Assembly: GCF_020745735.1 (NCBI RefSeq)
Contig: NW_026867509.1
Location: 1,984,001 to 2,048,000, forward strand
Length of the DNA stretch: 64,000 bases
Reading direction: 5' to 3'
From: Hemiscyllium ocellatum
Taxonomy: Eukaryota
Shown here one piece after another: positions 38,301 through 52,320 of this stretch. The position numbers and the translations under genes are program-made. Each line of letters opens with the position of its first letter. The first letter of the stretch is position 1. The notes beneath the pieces are model-generated. The model was not told the DNA's origin. It did not search any database and saw nothing but the letters and a program-made list of their open reading frames with translations.

Positions 38301-39264
38301 TTTTCAAAATACATTGGAAGCATGTGAAGATCAAGCACACAATTGCCGGATGCAGCATGAGGCACATTTTCTTTTGCAACAATGAGCATGCTGGATTTTA
38401 GTTTACATCCTGCCAGTTGTGCCTTTTGACATGAGTTGGAATGATAAAATTCACAAACTGAAAAATCAGCAAAGGTAATTACCATTAGTGTTCAACAACA
38501 ACGGCTCACCTTGAGAAACGGTGAAATATACAGACACCAACTGACAAGAGGAATTGTAACATGCCCAAGTATTCTCTCTGCACTAAAAGACATAGCTACA
38601 CATGGAAGGAGATATTTGCAAAGAACAGTACAGAAACCATTCGGCCCTCCATATTCTGCCTACTCTCTCTCTCTTTCATGCACAATCTCACTACCTTTCT
38701 CTCACATAGATAAACTCGTTATCTCTCACACTCACTCCTTTGGTCGATCGAGATTCGTTTTTGTCTCTGAAGGAATCAAGGGATATAGGAGGAGGGCGAG
38801 ATCAGTGCATTGCATTCACCTCCATGACCAGTCAAGACCACGCTGAATAGTGGAACAGGCTCGAGGAGCTGAATGATCTACTCCTATGACTCTTTTCTGT
38901 AATTATATGTGTCTACTGGCTCAAATTATAACTGAATGGTTTACCATCCATCATATATTATACAGAGTTGGCACCGTTAACCTCCTCTATGCACATGCTT
39001 AGACAAGTATAATTTTAAGGCTTTTTTTTACTGTTCCTATCGACGAAACATTTGCTCATACATTCCATATCACAACAGCTCGCTGCATGCAAATTCACGT
39101 TCTCCCGCCGATTATAGAGTTTGGCTGAAATTGATGTCCCATACAAAACAGAGACAAATATTTTCAGCTAAGTTCTCATAATGTAGGAGTTTCACAATAA
39201 TGTAATCTGATTAAAGTTAGACGTTGTTGTCAACGTAATGGAACATGTAAAGATGTTGCAGTTG

Positions 39265-39635
39265 GGTGGTTTTCGGCTCAGTGCTTAGCACTACTGTCTC
39301 ACAGTAACAGTGGCCTGGGCTTGATTCCATTGATTCCATCTATAGGCGACTGTCTCGTGGAGTTTGTTCATTCTCTCTGTATCTGTGTGGCTTTCTTTCA
39401 AGCGGTCTGGTCTCCTCCCACGTTTCAAAGTTGTGCATGTTTGGTGAATTGGCTAAAGTAAATTGCCATAGTGCCTGGGGGTGTGTAGGCTAGGTGGATA
39501 GCGTTAGCCGTTGGGAAATATACGCTTCAATGGAGAAGCAGTGGGTCTGGGTTGTGGGATGATATTTGGAGGTTTGGTGTATGCTCGATGGGCCGGATGG
39601 CATGCTTCAAACTGTAATGAGTCTATGATTGTCCA
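39265..39635 (+). repeat. V-SINE/HE1-type tRNA-derived SINE
   Basis: tRNA-like head (ggctcagtgcttagcactactg...gcttgattcc) and a body shared with the 10.0 kb copy. Confidence 0.6.
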
Positions 39636-41359
39636 AATTCTTTTATTGTCCACCGGTCTTCATATTGTTTTAACTGACTTCAGCATAAAAAGTCCTGATT
39701 GACAAGCGAGCTGGGATGCCTCTTGTATGGTGGAACCATTTTCAATTGTGAGTCTCAGGTGTCACGATAACGTGCGTTGTGGTTTCAGATGCAACACAGG
39801 AATAGTTAAAGTTGGTCGACTGGGCCAACTGTGCAAATAAAAATACATATGGATTTTACCAAAGTCTTACCTTCAGAATCTTTAGATGATATCATCAGAA
39901 GAATTATTTATTGGGCTTCCTGTTATAACTTGCACCAAGGCGATAAAACCAGGAGCTGCGGATGCTGGAGATCTGATACAGAGCAAAACTAGCTGCCAAA
40001 ACTCAGCAGGTGTGGCATCAACTGTGGGGAGAAAGCAAATTTATCCTTTCGACTCCACTCAATGTCCATGAGAAATTAATGTCAACCTTTGCATTCCATT
40101 TTCACACAATACGAACGCTGGAAGTTCGGTGATTCTCAGCTCAACTTGGGCATGAACAGTGAGCAACAGTGTCGTTCAACGCTCAAGAATACATTACACA
40201 CTCGACGACATTAGTTTGAAATACCTAGGAAGGAGGAGGGCAAATTGCTCCCAATGATAATATAGCTTACAATAAAGAATGAGCCGCAAACATGCAACAT
40301 TTCAGTGTTGGCAAGTCAACGCGTCGAATTTCTCGAAATCGATCATTAGGTGGTGCACTTCTTCGATTAGGAGTATACACAGCAGGAGAGAAATATCAGG
40401 CAAATGTATGACCTAGTTAATTGTGTAAAGACCGTGCAGAACCTAATTTCTGACAGCCTTTTATCACATTAAAGGGAACGTAAAGTAAAAGAATCACTAA
40501 ATTATTTTTTTCTTGCAGTGCACAAAAGATGGAGGACGCCTTCAGGTGCTTTTGGGGGTTGGTGGTAGTGGTGGTGGATGGCTGTGAATTGCCTGGAGCT
40601 GCTGCTACTGTGAAACTAAGTCTGATATTTATGGAGAGTGACAAGGACTCTACGATCTACAGATAGCACGAAAACTACGTAGATCTTTATTGAGGGCACA
40701 ATTATTTTGTTCATCTAAGCTAAGGACAACGCTTGAGCTTCAAAAACGATGAACACAATAGTCCTGACACATAAACGAGGGAGACGAAGGCAGGGAGTCA
40801 CACAATAATAGAGACTGAGAGGGAAGGAGAGAAAGAGATGAATATCAAATCAAATGGCTCATATCATTAGAAATCTTACATATTGATCACTTGCATCTCT
40901 TCCAAAAACACATCTCTTCTGGTTGTCTCATATTCTGATGACTTTGGCAACAACGAATATCCGGGCTGTAAAATTAACTGTTCATATCTCCAGGAGAGAA
41001 GTAAGAATGCACAAAATTATTCAGTTTTGAGGGAGCTATATAGAGAGAGTGTTACTCACTGAGCCCATCTGTTGGAAGGAAAACAACAATCCAAAAGTAT
41101 TTGCAACGAGCGAGAGATGTGCAGAGAGATACCAAGACGTTCTTGACATCGTCTGGGAACTTGTTCTGGAATAATGCATAAATGAAGACATAGCTGCGGA
41201 AACCGAATATCTACTGAACATTGTTCACCTTTTGGGAATGACTCTGTGTTCGTGAAACCCAAGTCGCTGAAGCAGGCCTCACCAAAAATCGGGCAGCAGA
41301 GATAACCCATAGAATGAGGAAGCCCAGCGATATGCTGAACAGCAGTACAATGGATTGTG

Positions 41360-43190
41360 ACTACACAGGGTAAAACCTTCTGCCAAATTAAACCAGACAC
41401 TTAGAAAAACTCTCCTTGCCTTGTAATCTGTAAACGTATGTGTGACGAAGAACTACCAAATTCCACTACTTCAACAAAAAACCCTTTAACTCCAAGAAAA
41501 AAGAGAACGTGAAAAAATAACTATCAATTCTGTTAGCCTTCTATATCCCATTGATTTATCGTCCTCTCACTCTCCAACAATATACCAATACGATAAAACT
41601 CCAATTAGGTTTTACAAAAAGTTCAAACTTCAAAACCAGTCAGCTGTTTCGATTCTCCTCTGTATCTTCCTCTCCATTTCCCTAGGTCTTTTATTCAGTC
41701 TTCTGCTTCACAGACTTCACATGAAGAGGTACCTTTCAGAAAGATTTTGTGTGGGCAGTCTTTGTTTGTTGGCGCTCTTTGCCGCTCTGGCTGACTGTTC
41801 AAAATATCCGACTTTTATATCCCAACACATCCGATCATCTCATTGGTTTGATGCTGTCAAAAGTGTAAAATTCACTTGCGATTTAAATCAGTTATCTTGA
41901 GGCATAATTTAAACTAATTGGTTGAACTCGAATCTGTTGTATAACAAATCAGCTTAGTATAAACACTTTCCCATGACAGGCACGTCACTTTAATCTAAGT
42001 TCATATTAACGTCCTCCCATATATATCATCGAGTATGTACCAAACACATCCATACTTTGTCAGTTAAATCCACGATAACACATCTGCTATTACATTCTTA
42101 TGAGTCGCAACATGCACGATTTGTGAATTGAAAGTCATTAACATAAGACTCCACGAAATAGTCTCATATCCATGTCTTTAAAGCGCCCCAAGAAAAGAAG
42201 AGCATTGTGATCCACGGATCCACCTGGCTCCAACACATTATTCATGACATAAACATTAAAATGTTTTATGGCCAGTAACAAACTCAGTCGTTCTTTTTCG
42301 ATCGTAGGTATTTTCTCTGGTAGACGTTGAGTTTCTTTGAAAATTGCCAATCATCATCTTCCTGCAGCAGCACAGTTCGAACTCTGATGTCACGAGCATC
42401 GATGGACACTTTGAACGGTTTCGAAACGTTTGGTGTCGCTAAAACTGGTGCGTTTTTTAACATAACTGCTAAATCGTCAAAAGTCTCCTGGCATCGATCT
42501 GTCCAACGAAAAAGATCTGTTAAAGGTGCCACTATGCTGCTTAAGTTTGGAACAAACTTCCGATAGGATCCGCTTAGTCTCAAAAATTAAAACAACTATT
42601 TCTTCGATCTTGGTCTCAGAGATTCTTCAATGGCCTTTAACTTTGCATTCCTTGGTGTCATCCTTCCATGCCCCATGTTATGTCTCAAGAACGTCACCTT
42701 TACTTTCGCGAATTCAGTTTTGTTTAAGTTCATTACTAGTTTTGCAACTCTTAATCAGTCAAAGAGCTCTGCCAGCTTTACCTCGTGATCTTCCCAGCAC
42801 TCACGAAAGATCACTACATAGTCCAAATAGACTGCACAGATTGTTGGCCATGGCAGAACTCTGTTCATGAGTCTTTGGAATGTTGGTGGGTGCGTTCTTC
42901 ATTCAAAAAGTGTATCACTTTGAATTGTTACAGCACATTTGGGATTAAAAACGCAGAAATTTCTTTAACCTTCTCTGATAAATTTAACTGCCAGTAACCA
43001 CGCAGGAAATCCAATTTAGTGGTGTAACTGGCTTGTTCAAAGTTCTCCATACAGTCCTCCAACCTGAATCTACATTAGCCCTCCCCATTTTATTGCTGCA
43101 TACGTCCACGCACTGCTTTAAAAAACCTTTCATATGCAGACAGTTTACCAATCTATCCCATTCCTCAAGGACGTCCTCATTGTTCAGCAT
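41360..43190 (-). mobile_element. Ty3/Gypsy LTR retrotransposon fragment (RT-RNase H) inserted in the GPCR pseudogene
   Basis: LEDCMENFEQASYTTKLDFLRGYWQ; MKNAPT; YRKFVPNLSSIVAPLTDL; APVLATPNVSKPFKVSIDA; IEKERLSLLLAIKHFNVY. Confidence 0.88.
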
Positions 43191-43839
43191 ATTTTGAGGC
43201 CAGTCATAAGACCTCCATGACGGTGAGTCATCGTATGTTTCTCTATGTCACAGAACCGGGACATTCCATCCACAATGTACAAGTGGATGTACAATAGACA
43301 ATTTGGGGTGCAAGCTCTTGACAAAGCTCAGGACACAAACCACTATGTTGAACCATGATGCAATTTTCCCCGTACAGTACTTGCTCTTCAGACTCGGGCA
43401 GCAGATGGGCAACGAATGGTCGATGCTGAAATCCTCAATCAGCCAGACTGAGCTATCTAGGCTGGCGTAGATCATCACAGTGTTCTGTGCAGAGGCAGGT
43501 GTCGTGGAAAGGGCACTATGATGGAAGCAAATATCACCGATCTGATTCAGGATTGTTGGAGAAATTCAGCCTAATGAATCAGAGATCACAAATGAGGATC
43601 GTGGTTAAATTGATAAGCAGTGTATTAAACAAAGCAATATCACAAAAGAGAAATTGTCGAGGCTGACACAGAATTGATTCTCTGCACAGATGAGCAGAAT
43701 GCTCTTCCCCAAATGGAAGGTGCAGACGGCTTTATCTCGGGTTATAACACAAAGGTGATAATTGTAATGCAGTTACAGGACAATCGTAAAAATTGCAAAG
43801 CGATTAAAACAAGAATAAACTGAATGGAAACTAATCAAG

Positions 43840-44300
43840 TGTTTGGCAGTAGCAATTCATTTGTAATGGACACAAGCGATTTGAGCCATCTCCGTGAATG
43901 GGTGAGAATGTTTTCTAGAGGATTCTTCATTGTATTTCCCGTCTGCATGAATATGTGTAAATGCTTATTTTCCTGGCATCCAGGTTTGTCCATTGTGCTC
44001 CTCCTGCGAATGACGTCTGTTGAGGCCTCTCGATCTGTCTCTTTGTTTTTGTGGTTTTGCTTTCAATGGGAAATGAGGCAGCCATTAGGGCATTGGACTG
44101 CAGTGCTAATCGGGCTTGGAGCCTACTGTGAAGGCTGTTTGGGAATTGTATTCTCTGGTCTAGGAGTAGCTTTGCCATGTTTGGTTTCTTTGTTAGCCTG
44201 CTTAGCCAAGACTGGGGCATTGTGGGTGTCAGCAGGCCTGATCGCCTTCTTTCGCAGTCCTGCTTTTGAGTTTGTTTGTTGTCATGCTGTGGGTGGGCAG
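43840..44300 (-). mobile_element. Probable non-LTR retroelement remnant (L1/Tx1-like) interrupting GPCR exon 2
   Basis: Abruptly interrupts GPCR homology. The family assignment is tentative. Confidence 0.35.
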
Positions 44301-46149
44301 GGGGACAGATATTTCACCGACAAGGATATACCCAGTGATGATTGCAAGCAAGTCCCTCAAACAATAGGTGGTGCACCGAGAGAGTCTGCAACATCCTCCA
44401 ACAAGAAGATTGATTGTAAGAGCATGATGATCGCCAGCAAGTTGCCTGTGGGAAATTGCAAGGTATTATCCAACTGACTTAAATTATCACTACATAACCT
44501 TTAAGTGTGAAAAAAATCAGATCGTCAATAGTTTCCTTAGATATTATCACGAAAGCTGCGCTTAAAAATGTCGACCTCAGTGGTAGTGGAGATTATTTCA
44601 TATTACACCGAAATCATTAGAGTTTAATTTCCAGTATTGGAATAGAATGTAATCCTGAGCAGTTTACATGATTAATATTCAGGCAATGCAATATATTCTA
44701 ATCAAATGTAAATGATCTAACTTGTTCTGTAATTGTTCAAAACGGCAGGTAGAATATAATCTTGCTGCGTATTGCAAATGGGCACAATTCAGTACAATTC
44801 AGTATTTTAAAGATGTATAATGGAACTACACCACTGTAATACCTGGCCAACACCTTGCTCTCAGGCTTGCTGCAGTGCCCAAGTGAAATTATCGCAGGTA
44901 GGAAGAATAGAAAGGGTTTGGAGCGATATAGGCCAGGTACTGGTAGGTGGGACTAGATTGGGTTGGGATATCTGGTCAGCATGGATGGGTTGGACCGAAG
45001 GGTCTGTTTCCATGCTGTACATCTCAATGACTATATGAATTTAAGAACACATTTTCTGCTTGTGGACCCTGCAGCATTTGAGACTCCTAATCAAGTTCAA
45101 TGATGTTAGGGCATGAACTCTGCTATGTGCAAGTCCTCTACCTCTCACACCAGGGTTTGTTATCACATGCTTAGCCATTGTATTATTCCTTTTATTAGTC
45201 ACTAACAATCTCCACTCACAGCTACTTTGTGAAATGAAAATAAACAGTAAATTACAAAGGTATTTAAAGATGATATCATGGTAAAATATGCATAAATGTA
45301 TCACATATTCATTTATGAAGTCAATTTTGAGTATTTGAAAGTGAAATGAAAAAGAAGCCTAATTTCTCGTTTTTTTTCTGACATGTTCTGGTTGAGTACT
45401 CTTTTTCCGTTTTCATTGATGATTTTGTGACCCTCATCCTTGGGTTTTCATTCTTGTCTCGGTTTATTGCTCTGGGACCTCCCTCGCATGGACAGCAGTG
45501 GGAAATCTCAAGATACATGTGTCTATTTGCAGCAATCTCGGTTCCACGGCCCAGAAATGCAATGCGTTGTTGGAGAGAAGAACCAGAGCTACATATAAAG
45601 GAAACACTTTGGTTCCTTTGTACAAAACACCAAAGAACCTGTCTTGAAAATCTCACGACATTTCTCCTGTTCCCAGTCTGTTAGCTTTTATGAAATATCT
45701 TACAATGTCACATAATGCTGAACGCAGCAGAACACAGTTCTCACAGTAGCTGGCGAGAAACTGCAGTTAAATGTAATATTTTGTCCTTCAAAGATTGTGA
45801 TTTCGTGTTGATCCTGGAAAACTGAGTCTTTGCCATTGGTACCTGCAACAAAGCAAAAATTATTAATTTTCCGAAAGAGACCACACCTTGTGGAGCAGAT
45901 ATTGAACGTTTAAACATATTTAAAAATCATGCAACACCAGGTTATTGCAATACAAGGTAATTTGGAAATAAAGCTTGGAATATCTACTGTTTTGTGTCAT
46001 TTTGAGCTCTGTCCATCCCTGTCAGAGATCAGCGTTTTCCACATGATTTAAACAGATACGCACCACGCAGCACGACCAATGTTATCAGCTTTTTTAGTCT
46101 GCAGAAGAGTCATGTCTCGTATTTTTTCCTTGCAAATATAAATTCCTGC

Positions 46150-47270
46150 TATTTCATTACATGACACAATGTTGCACAAACCAGGAAGGCTGCATTAAAA
46201 CAGCGGAACTGGACAGAGTGCTTCGTCTCCAAAGAGCAGAATGTGGAGTGAAAGACAAGAACCACGTGAAGAAACAGCACGATTTGGCAATTAAGAGACA
46301 TGGAGGCACACGTGATCTGAGAAAGAAGAAGGAAGAAAGAGAAACAGAGAGATAGAGACACTACATAAAACTGTAATATGAAACTGTGGTTAACATAAAA
46401 GGCCAGTCAGACCTAAAGCGAAGTAGAGAAAGGGACATCAAAAACAGAGGAGATAAAAATAGAAATACAGATATCCAAGGGAGAAGACAAATAAATATGC
46501 AAATAAAGAGTGGATTACTATCTGGAATAGAGAACACTGAGGGAGAGGACCAGCGAGAGATAGAGAACTTTGCGAAGATGGTCAGATAAATAAATTGATT
46601 TTAAATAAGATAATGAGAGGTAATGAGATAGAAACTGGAGAAAGAAAGATACAAGACGAGGCTAGCAAAGAAACAGAAAGAAATCGTGGAGTGGAGTATA
46701 AAAAGGAGTGCAGCATCCAGCGGGAGAGAATGATTTAAACACACAGATTAAAGAAGACTCAGAGTGACCGACAGAGTTGGGTGGAGAGATGCAGAAACAT
46801 AAAGACAGAGAGAAAGACAAGAATACAGAGTGAAAAAGATAACAACTCTTGAAAGTGAGATTGCTTTGAATCGCATTTAATGAGATAATACAACATTGCA
46901 ATGGATAAGCGCAGAGAGAAATGAATGAAAAACCGACGTCGAGAAATACATTGAACAAAGAGGATAGGGGAGAGCGAATGCAAAAAGGGATCATGAAGAT
47001 GCAGTAAAAGAGAGGAGAGGATTTAGAAAAGATGTCTGAAATCGAAATGGAGGTAGAAATAAGCTAGATATGAAGAGACAGTAGTAAACGAAATGGAACA
47101 ATCTGCAAATTGACAGAAATATAATTGAAGTAACAAGATGTTTAGAAGAGAAAGGGGAATAATTGGTGAAAGATGGAGTGAAACAAAAGGTGACTTGTTG
47201 AGGAAACAAGGAACAGATTGAACATGTTTCAAATCCAACATTTGGATAGTTCCACATCCATTTCACTGAT
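46150..47270 (+). repeat. Purine-rich (AG) low-complexity tract
   Basis: Strong plus-strand A/G skew over about 1.1 kb. The ORFs here are compositional artefacts. Confidence 0.7.
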
Positions 47271-47912
47271 TTGGGAGAATAATTTCGACATTGTTATATC
47301 AGCGATGCTTCCTGTTTTGCACATTTCAGAACAGTTGCTCTAATGAAGAGGATGGAATAATTTCAACAGCAGCAGAATTATGTTTCAATATCATGCCATT
47401 CCACCATCACTTTTTCTGACGTCACCATTTTCAGAACAGAGGCGTATTGAGCAGATTTTTTTTGTGCAAGGCAATGGTTTTGCCACTTTATTAGATGTCA
47501 CCTTGTGTGTTTGTCCAGAACAAATCAATCAGACGGGAGATCGATATCAGACATCATCTCATCTCTTGACAAATACCCCTTTCAGAAAAAAAAAACAATT
47601 TCTGTTCAGATCCGCCATGAACCTCTGCCAATATGTTTGGGTTTAATTTTTACTTTGTTGTTACCACTGCAGCTTTCTTAACTGGTAAATTGACAGGATG
47701 TTTGTTTTTTTCAGCACACAAATGTCTCATCTATTCCATGTAGTCAGAGCACAGAAAAGTTCAGATACTGCTGTAAAGTGACCAAATCTAGATTTGGCTA
47801 GCTCCGGACAAATTAATCTATTTATGTTCCAATTTTTGTCTCATTGGAGAACTTGTCGCCACAGAACCCACTGAGAGTTTATTAAAGCAAATTAAATTGG
47901 TTGTTGTAGATC

Positions 47913-48386
47913 ATGTTTTCTTTCATATGTTTCTGTAAAATTTTCTCAGTTAATTCTCAATGTACGTGTGGAAGTTATCGCATTGGTTCTGGGAGGGAAA
48001 GGCGCAATAACATGCTATTGCTTAACTTAATATCTTTATGTGATTTTACAGGGCATTGTCGAAGAGACGCTGAATCACAATCACCAGGTGAAAGTCCAGT
48101 GAATGAACGAAATAATGTTCAGTTTTTCTGTAATTACAGAATGACAATCATCAGTGTTTGTTACCGGTTCTACCACCATCATTATCCAAGTGGATCCGTC
48201 GAGGTTTTGGTACAGAGGAACATACATAGAAGGATTTCGAGAGAAACGTTTTCCAGCACAGCTCAATTAATCCTTTCGAACCGTGTCTCTAAAAGTTACT
48301 AAAATCCAGTGGACAGACTCGGCCATGTATTATTATTCACTGAGACCCACAGAGCCATAGAACTGAAGGGAACTTGTACAATTCTT
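47913..48386 (+). pseudogene. Leader-bearing TCR alpha/delta V pseudogene with 23-RSS
   Basis: Leader 47913-47961 MFSFICFCKIFSVNSQ T|GTACGT. V exon 48052-48347 reads ESQSPGESPVNERNNVQFFCNY...VLVQR/..GFREKRF..TVSLKVTKIQWTDSAMYYYSLR. RSS CACAGAG-23-ACAATTCTT. Frameshift, stop and Cys loss. Confidence 0.85.
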
Positions 48387-48399
48387 GCCAGAGTATCGA

Positions 48400-48900
48400 G
48401 CGACACTTCAGTGCATGAACGAGTTGAATGTTGGCATGAAGTCGATTTTCAGTGAATGCCAACATGTCTTTCTTTAGGTACAGAGATCAAAACTGCTTAT
48501 GATATTCCAGCTATTGTCAGGCATTTGCCTTATGATGTGTAATGAAATCGTCCTTATTTCCATACTCATATACCTTTGATATGAAGATTCACAGTTCATT
48601 GTCCATCCCTATTACCTGCTGAACGTGGATGATTTTGTATTGAAGAAAGGCTATCACATGTCTCGGTGCTCGAAGTTTCTGCAGGTGTTTCCATTTACCT
48701 AGTATTCCACGTCCCAAATCTAATTGATCTGAGTATCGACATATTCTGGAAACTGATGCTCAAAGCTTTAACTTGAGTGATTGAGGATGTCCAATTCCTG
48801 CCACAAATGAGAAATGCTGAACTTAATCTGATATCCAAGTCTGAGTTGGTTGGCTGGCCCATCAGATGTCCATACACTAAGCTGTCACAATGATCACTGC
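48400..48900 (-). mobile_element. RTE LINE 5' ORF2 (AP endonuclease) fragment
   Basis: IRFGTWNTR motif at the start of an APE-type endonuclease; decayed. Confidence 0.55.
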
Positions 48901-49193
48901 TTTAACCAGCTATTCGTGACGACTTGAGAAAGAAACCTTGAAGCATCATTTCCCTAAGCACGTCATTGAAATCCTCAGTCTTCTTTTCTCCCCCTGCCGC
49001 TTGGTTTTGAAGAAATTGTAACAGCTGTCCTCGAACTGGAAGAAAGAAGAGTGTGCGTGCTTGTGCGTGTATGTTGGTGATGGGGTGTGGGCTGGAGATG
49101 GAATTTGCATGCCATAAATGTCACGTTTACATCACTGTTTGTCTCAAATCAACAGCCTAAGTTGAAGCCGTTTGTCTTTTCTTGTCGCCTATT

Positions 49194-49633
49194 ATGTTGG
49201 TTCATTCACTGGTCCTGATGTTGTTTCAGTTTATCCTGATGCACGACATGCCATCTGAACCAGTTTGTACCTGCAGTTTGTCTGCACAGTATCCTGAGTT
49301 AATGTATTACGACTGTAATAAGTTTTTTAATTCATTAATTTTCAATTATATCAGATAAGAGTCATGGAACTTCTGCTACTTCGCCACACTGTTCACATTT
49401 TGAGACAGAAGTGATGGCGGTGACATTGATCTGTTCCTATGAGACTACAGGGAGCTCTGTCTATAACGATGATACCGATAACATCCAGACATTGTCTCGT
49501 TCTATCGAAGGCTCACTCAGCCTCACTTTGATTTGCGAGATAACAATTCAACAGACGACACCTTTACCCTCGATTTCTCACGTTATTTGTTGAACTGCCA
49601 GCTGCTGGATGTAACCGACTGAGCTGCACAGAC
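49194..49633 (+). pseudogene. Decayed TCR alpha-like V pseudogene
   Basis: Leader-like MLVHSLVLMLFQFIL. Phase-1 acceptor at 49354 gives DKSHG...VMAVTLICSYETTGSSVY/YR*HPD...DDTFTLDFS. Heptamer CACAGAC at 49627-49633 with a poor nonamer. Confidence 0.55.
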
Positions 49634-50802
49634 ATGCTGAGTAAGTATAGAGGAATAGAAATAGGTTTTTAATTTTTTTTAATATTGTGGGCATTGGTGG
49701 AATATTTTACCTTTTCGTCAAGCTAAGAGTGATGTGGAATTGCCAGTATTTGACTGGGATGGGCAAAGTCAGAAGTCAGAAGGCACCAAGTTATAACACA
49801 AAGGTTTATTTCAAACCACAATCTTCCTTAGCGCTGCTTCTTCATCAGGTGACAAAGGAGCAGGACACAGAAAGACTGTGATTTTAAAAAAAGGTTCCTT
49901 GTCCTGTAACCTGGTCTTACCAGAGTTCTGAGCAGGTTTCAGAGACGAGAACATTGCTGTCTATCTGTTGTCACATAGAAGTTTTAACAGACGAGTCGAC
50001 GACGACAATTCCCTGAACCTAAAGGACTTCATCGAACCGGATGCGTTCTTCCTAACTAATAATTCGTAGTCATCATTAAATCTTAACAAAATTTTTGTTT
50101 CTCTTTCATACACTACAATAGTGGAGGTAGAATCCGTATTCTGAGAGTATTACCTGGCCCTGTGGACTTAAAGTCCATTCCACATACCACAAGATCGTCA
50201 CCTCGCACGATGGCCGCTATAGAGGCAAAACTAACATATGATGTCAGAGATGCGGACAGGTAAAATTGCCATTGAGAACAGTGGTAGATAAATTGGGATT
50301 TAAGGGTCTGCGTTATGAGAAAGGCAACTTGTCTTTCCACAATAATTTTCATTGGACGTGGAATAATTGTGGAGGTGTTGCTGCGTGGAAAATTTAGGGC
50401 ACAAGTTGACTTTTCAACAAGATGTTGCAACACGAATAAGTGAAACACTGAAAAACTCAGGGTCTTCAAAGTTAGACTACTGGGAATCTGGATCTGTTTA
50501 TCCCGGATGGAAGGTAATGTCTCAGAATGATTGGTGATTTCATTTAATGACAGTGAACAGCTGAGCGTGTCTCAATTTACTGAGAGCCAGCTCTCGACAT
50601 CATGTTCTTTCAAAATTTCAACTGAAACATAAGAGTAATGTGGGGGCATCAATGACCCCAAACCGCCAGTTACTGAGGTTGGAGTTTTGGAATAGTTGGT
50701 TTGAAATATCGGATTCTCCTGTTACACAAATAATCTGCAACAGTGTGGCTAATCAGCATTTGGTTGTTGTCGGGAACACATCCTACAGGTAACTGAGAAC
50801 GA

Positions 50803-52320
50803 AATACATTTCATAGAATATCGGACACAGTGCAGTACAGGCCCTTCGGTCCTCGATATTACGCCGACCACTGGAACAAATCTGTATCTCTTCTAACCTA
50901 CACTATTCTATTTTAAAAATTTCAAGGGTCTGGTGCTTGAAAAGCAAGCAGGTCAGCAAACATCCGAGGAGCAGGAAAATCGACGTGTTGGGCATCGGCC
51001 CTTCATCAGGAAGTGCTAATGCCAAAAAACGTGGATTCACCTCTTCCTCGGATGCTGATTGACCTGGTGTACTTTTCCAGCACCACACTCTCAACTTTGA
51101 TATCCAGCATCTGCAGTCCTCACTTTCTATATTTTCATCCATATGTCTACCCAATGCTTATTTAAATGCCTTTAAAATTGGCGAATCTACTAATGTTGCA
51201 GGCAGGTCTTTCCATGCCCCGACTGATCTCTGAATAAAGTAGCTACCTCTGCCATCTGTCCGAGATCTATCGCCCCTCAATTTGAAGCTATCTCCATTCG
51301 TGCTCGCCATCACCATCCGACGAAAAAGGCTCTCACTGTCCACTATTTCTAAACCTCTGAATTATCTTATATCTCTCAATTACATTCCCTCTCAATCTTA
51401 TTCTCTCTCACAAAAACAAGTCCCTCAGCCTTTCTACGTAAGACCTTCCCTCTGGAACTGTCAACATCCTAATAAATCCCCTCTCTACCCTTTCTAAAAC
51501 TTGTGCATCCATCCCAAAAAGTGGTGAGCAGATCTGTACACAATACTCGAAGAGTGGACACACCAGAATTTTGTACTTTTGCAACATGATTTTGTGGCGC
51601 CGAAACTCAACCCCTCCAGCAATAAAAGCTACGACACCTTATGTGTTTTTCAACCACACTATCAAAACCGACTGAAACTTTCTAGGGTTTGTGTGCATGG
51701 ACACACAGATCTCTCTGTTTATCCACACTACCAAGAATCTTACCTATTGCCCATCACTCTTTATTCCCGTTCCTCCTTTGAAAGTGAATGACCACAAACC
51801 TTTCCGAATTAAACTTCATTTGCCACCTCTCAGCCCAGCTCTGCCGCTCGGCTATGTCCCTCTGTAACCGCCAACATCCTTCGGCACGATCCACAACTCT
51901 GTCAAACTTGCTATCATCCGAAAATTTAATAACGCATTCTTCTTTGCCCTCATCCAGATCATTTCTAAAAAGTATAAATGACGGCTCTGAAAGAGATCCT
52001 TGCAGAAGACCACGAGTAATTAAACTCCAGAATGCATATTTCCCATCACCCACCGCACTCTGCCCGCTTTCAGCTGGCTAATTTCTGATTTGAAAAGGTA
52101 AATCACCCTCAATCCCACACCTTCGTATTTTGTGCACTAGACAACAGTGTAGTAACTGATCAAACCTCTTAATGAAATCCATATAAAGCACATCATCAAC
52201 TTTATTCTCATCTACTTGTTTTGTCACCTTTTCAAATAACTCAGTAATGTTTGAGAAGCACGACCAACCCTTCACAAAACCGTTTTGACTACCTATAATC
52301 ATCTTTCTAATTTCTAGATG
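50803..52320 (-). mobile_element. CR1 LINE fragment with a nested Penelope-derived short repeat (~50915-51135)
   Basis: GFVKGWSCFSNITELFEKVTK.VD....DVLYMDF; GLLQGSLSEP.F..F.NDLD...KFSDDSK...LQRDI. The nested repeat matches the 23.6 kb element end. Confidence 0.9.

Larger units (their letters stand above)
41040..45090 (-). pseudogene. Fragmented GPR139/GPR142-like GPCR pseudogene(s) split by retroelement insertions
   Basis: TM6-H8 at 41040-41355 (QSIVLLFSISLGFLILW; YVFIYALFQNKF). TM2-TM4 at 43190-43560 (ILNQIGDIC...SVWL..FSID). TM1 start at 44300-44445 (AG|GC AAC TTG CTG GCG ATC). Possible exon-1 relic near 44830-45090. Confidence 0.8.

Noticed and set aside
43824-44477. 217-aa hydrophobic plus-strand ORF
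   Set aside because: Antisense shadow across a retroelement remnant and a GPCR pseudogene fragment; no family motif.
45321-45656. 111-aa ORF with Ig-like fragments (QSVSFIC; GFFFISLSNTQ)
   Set aside because: Lacks the Trp and second Cys; spacing is inconsistent with an Ig fold.
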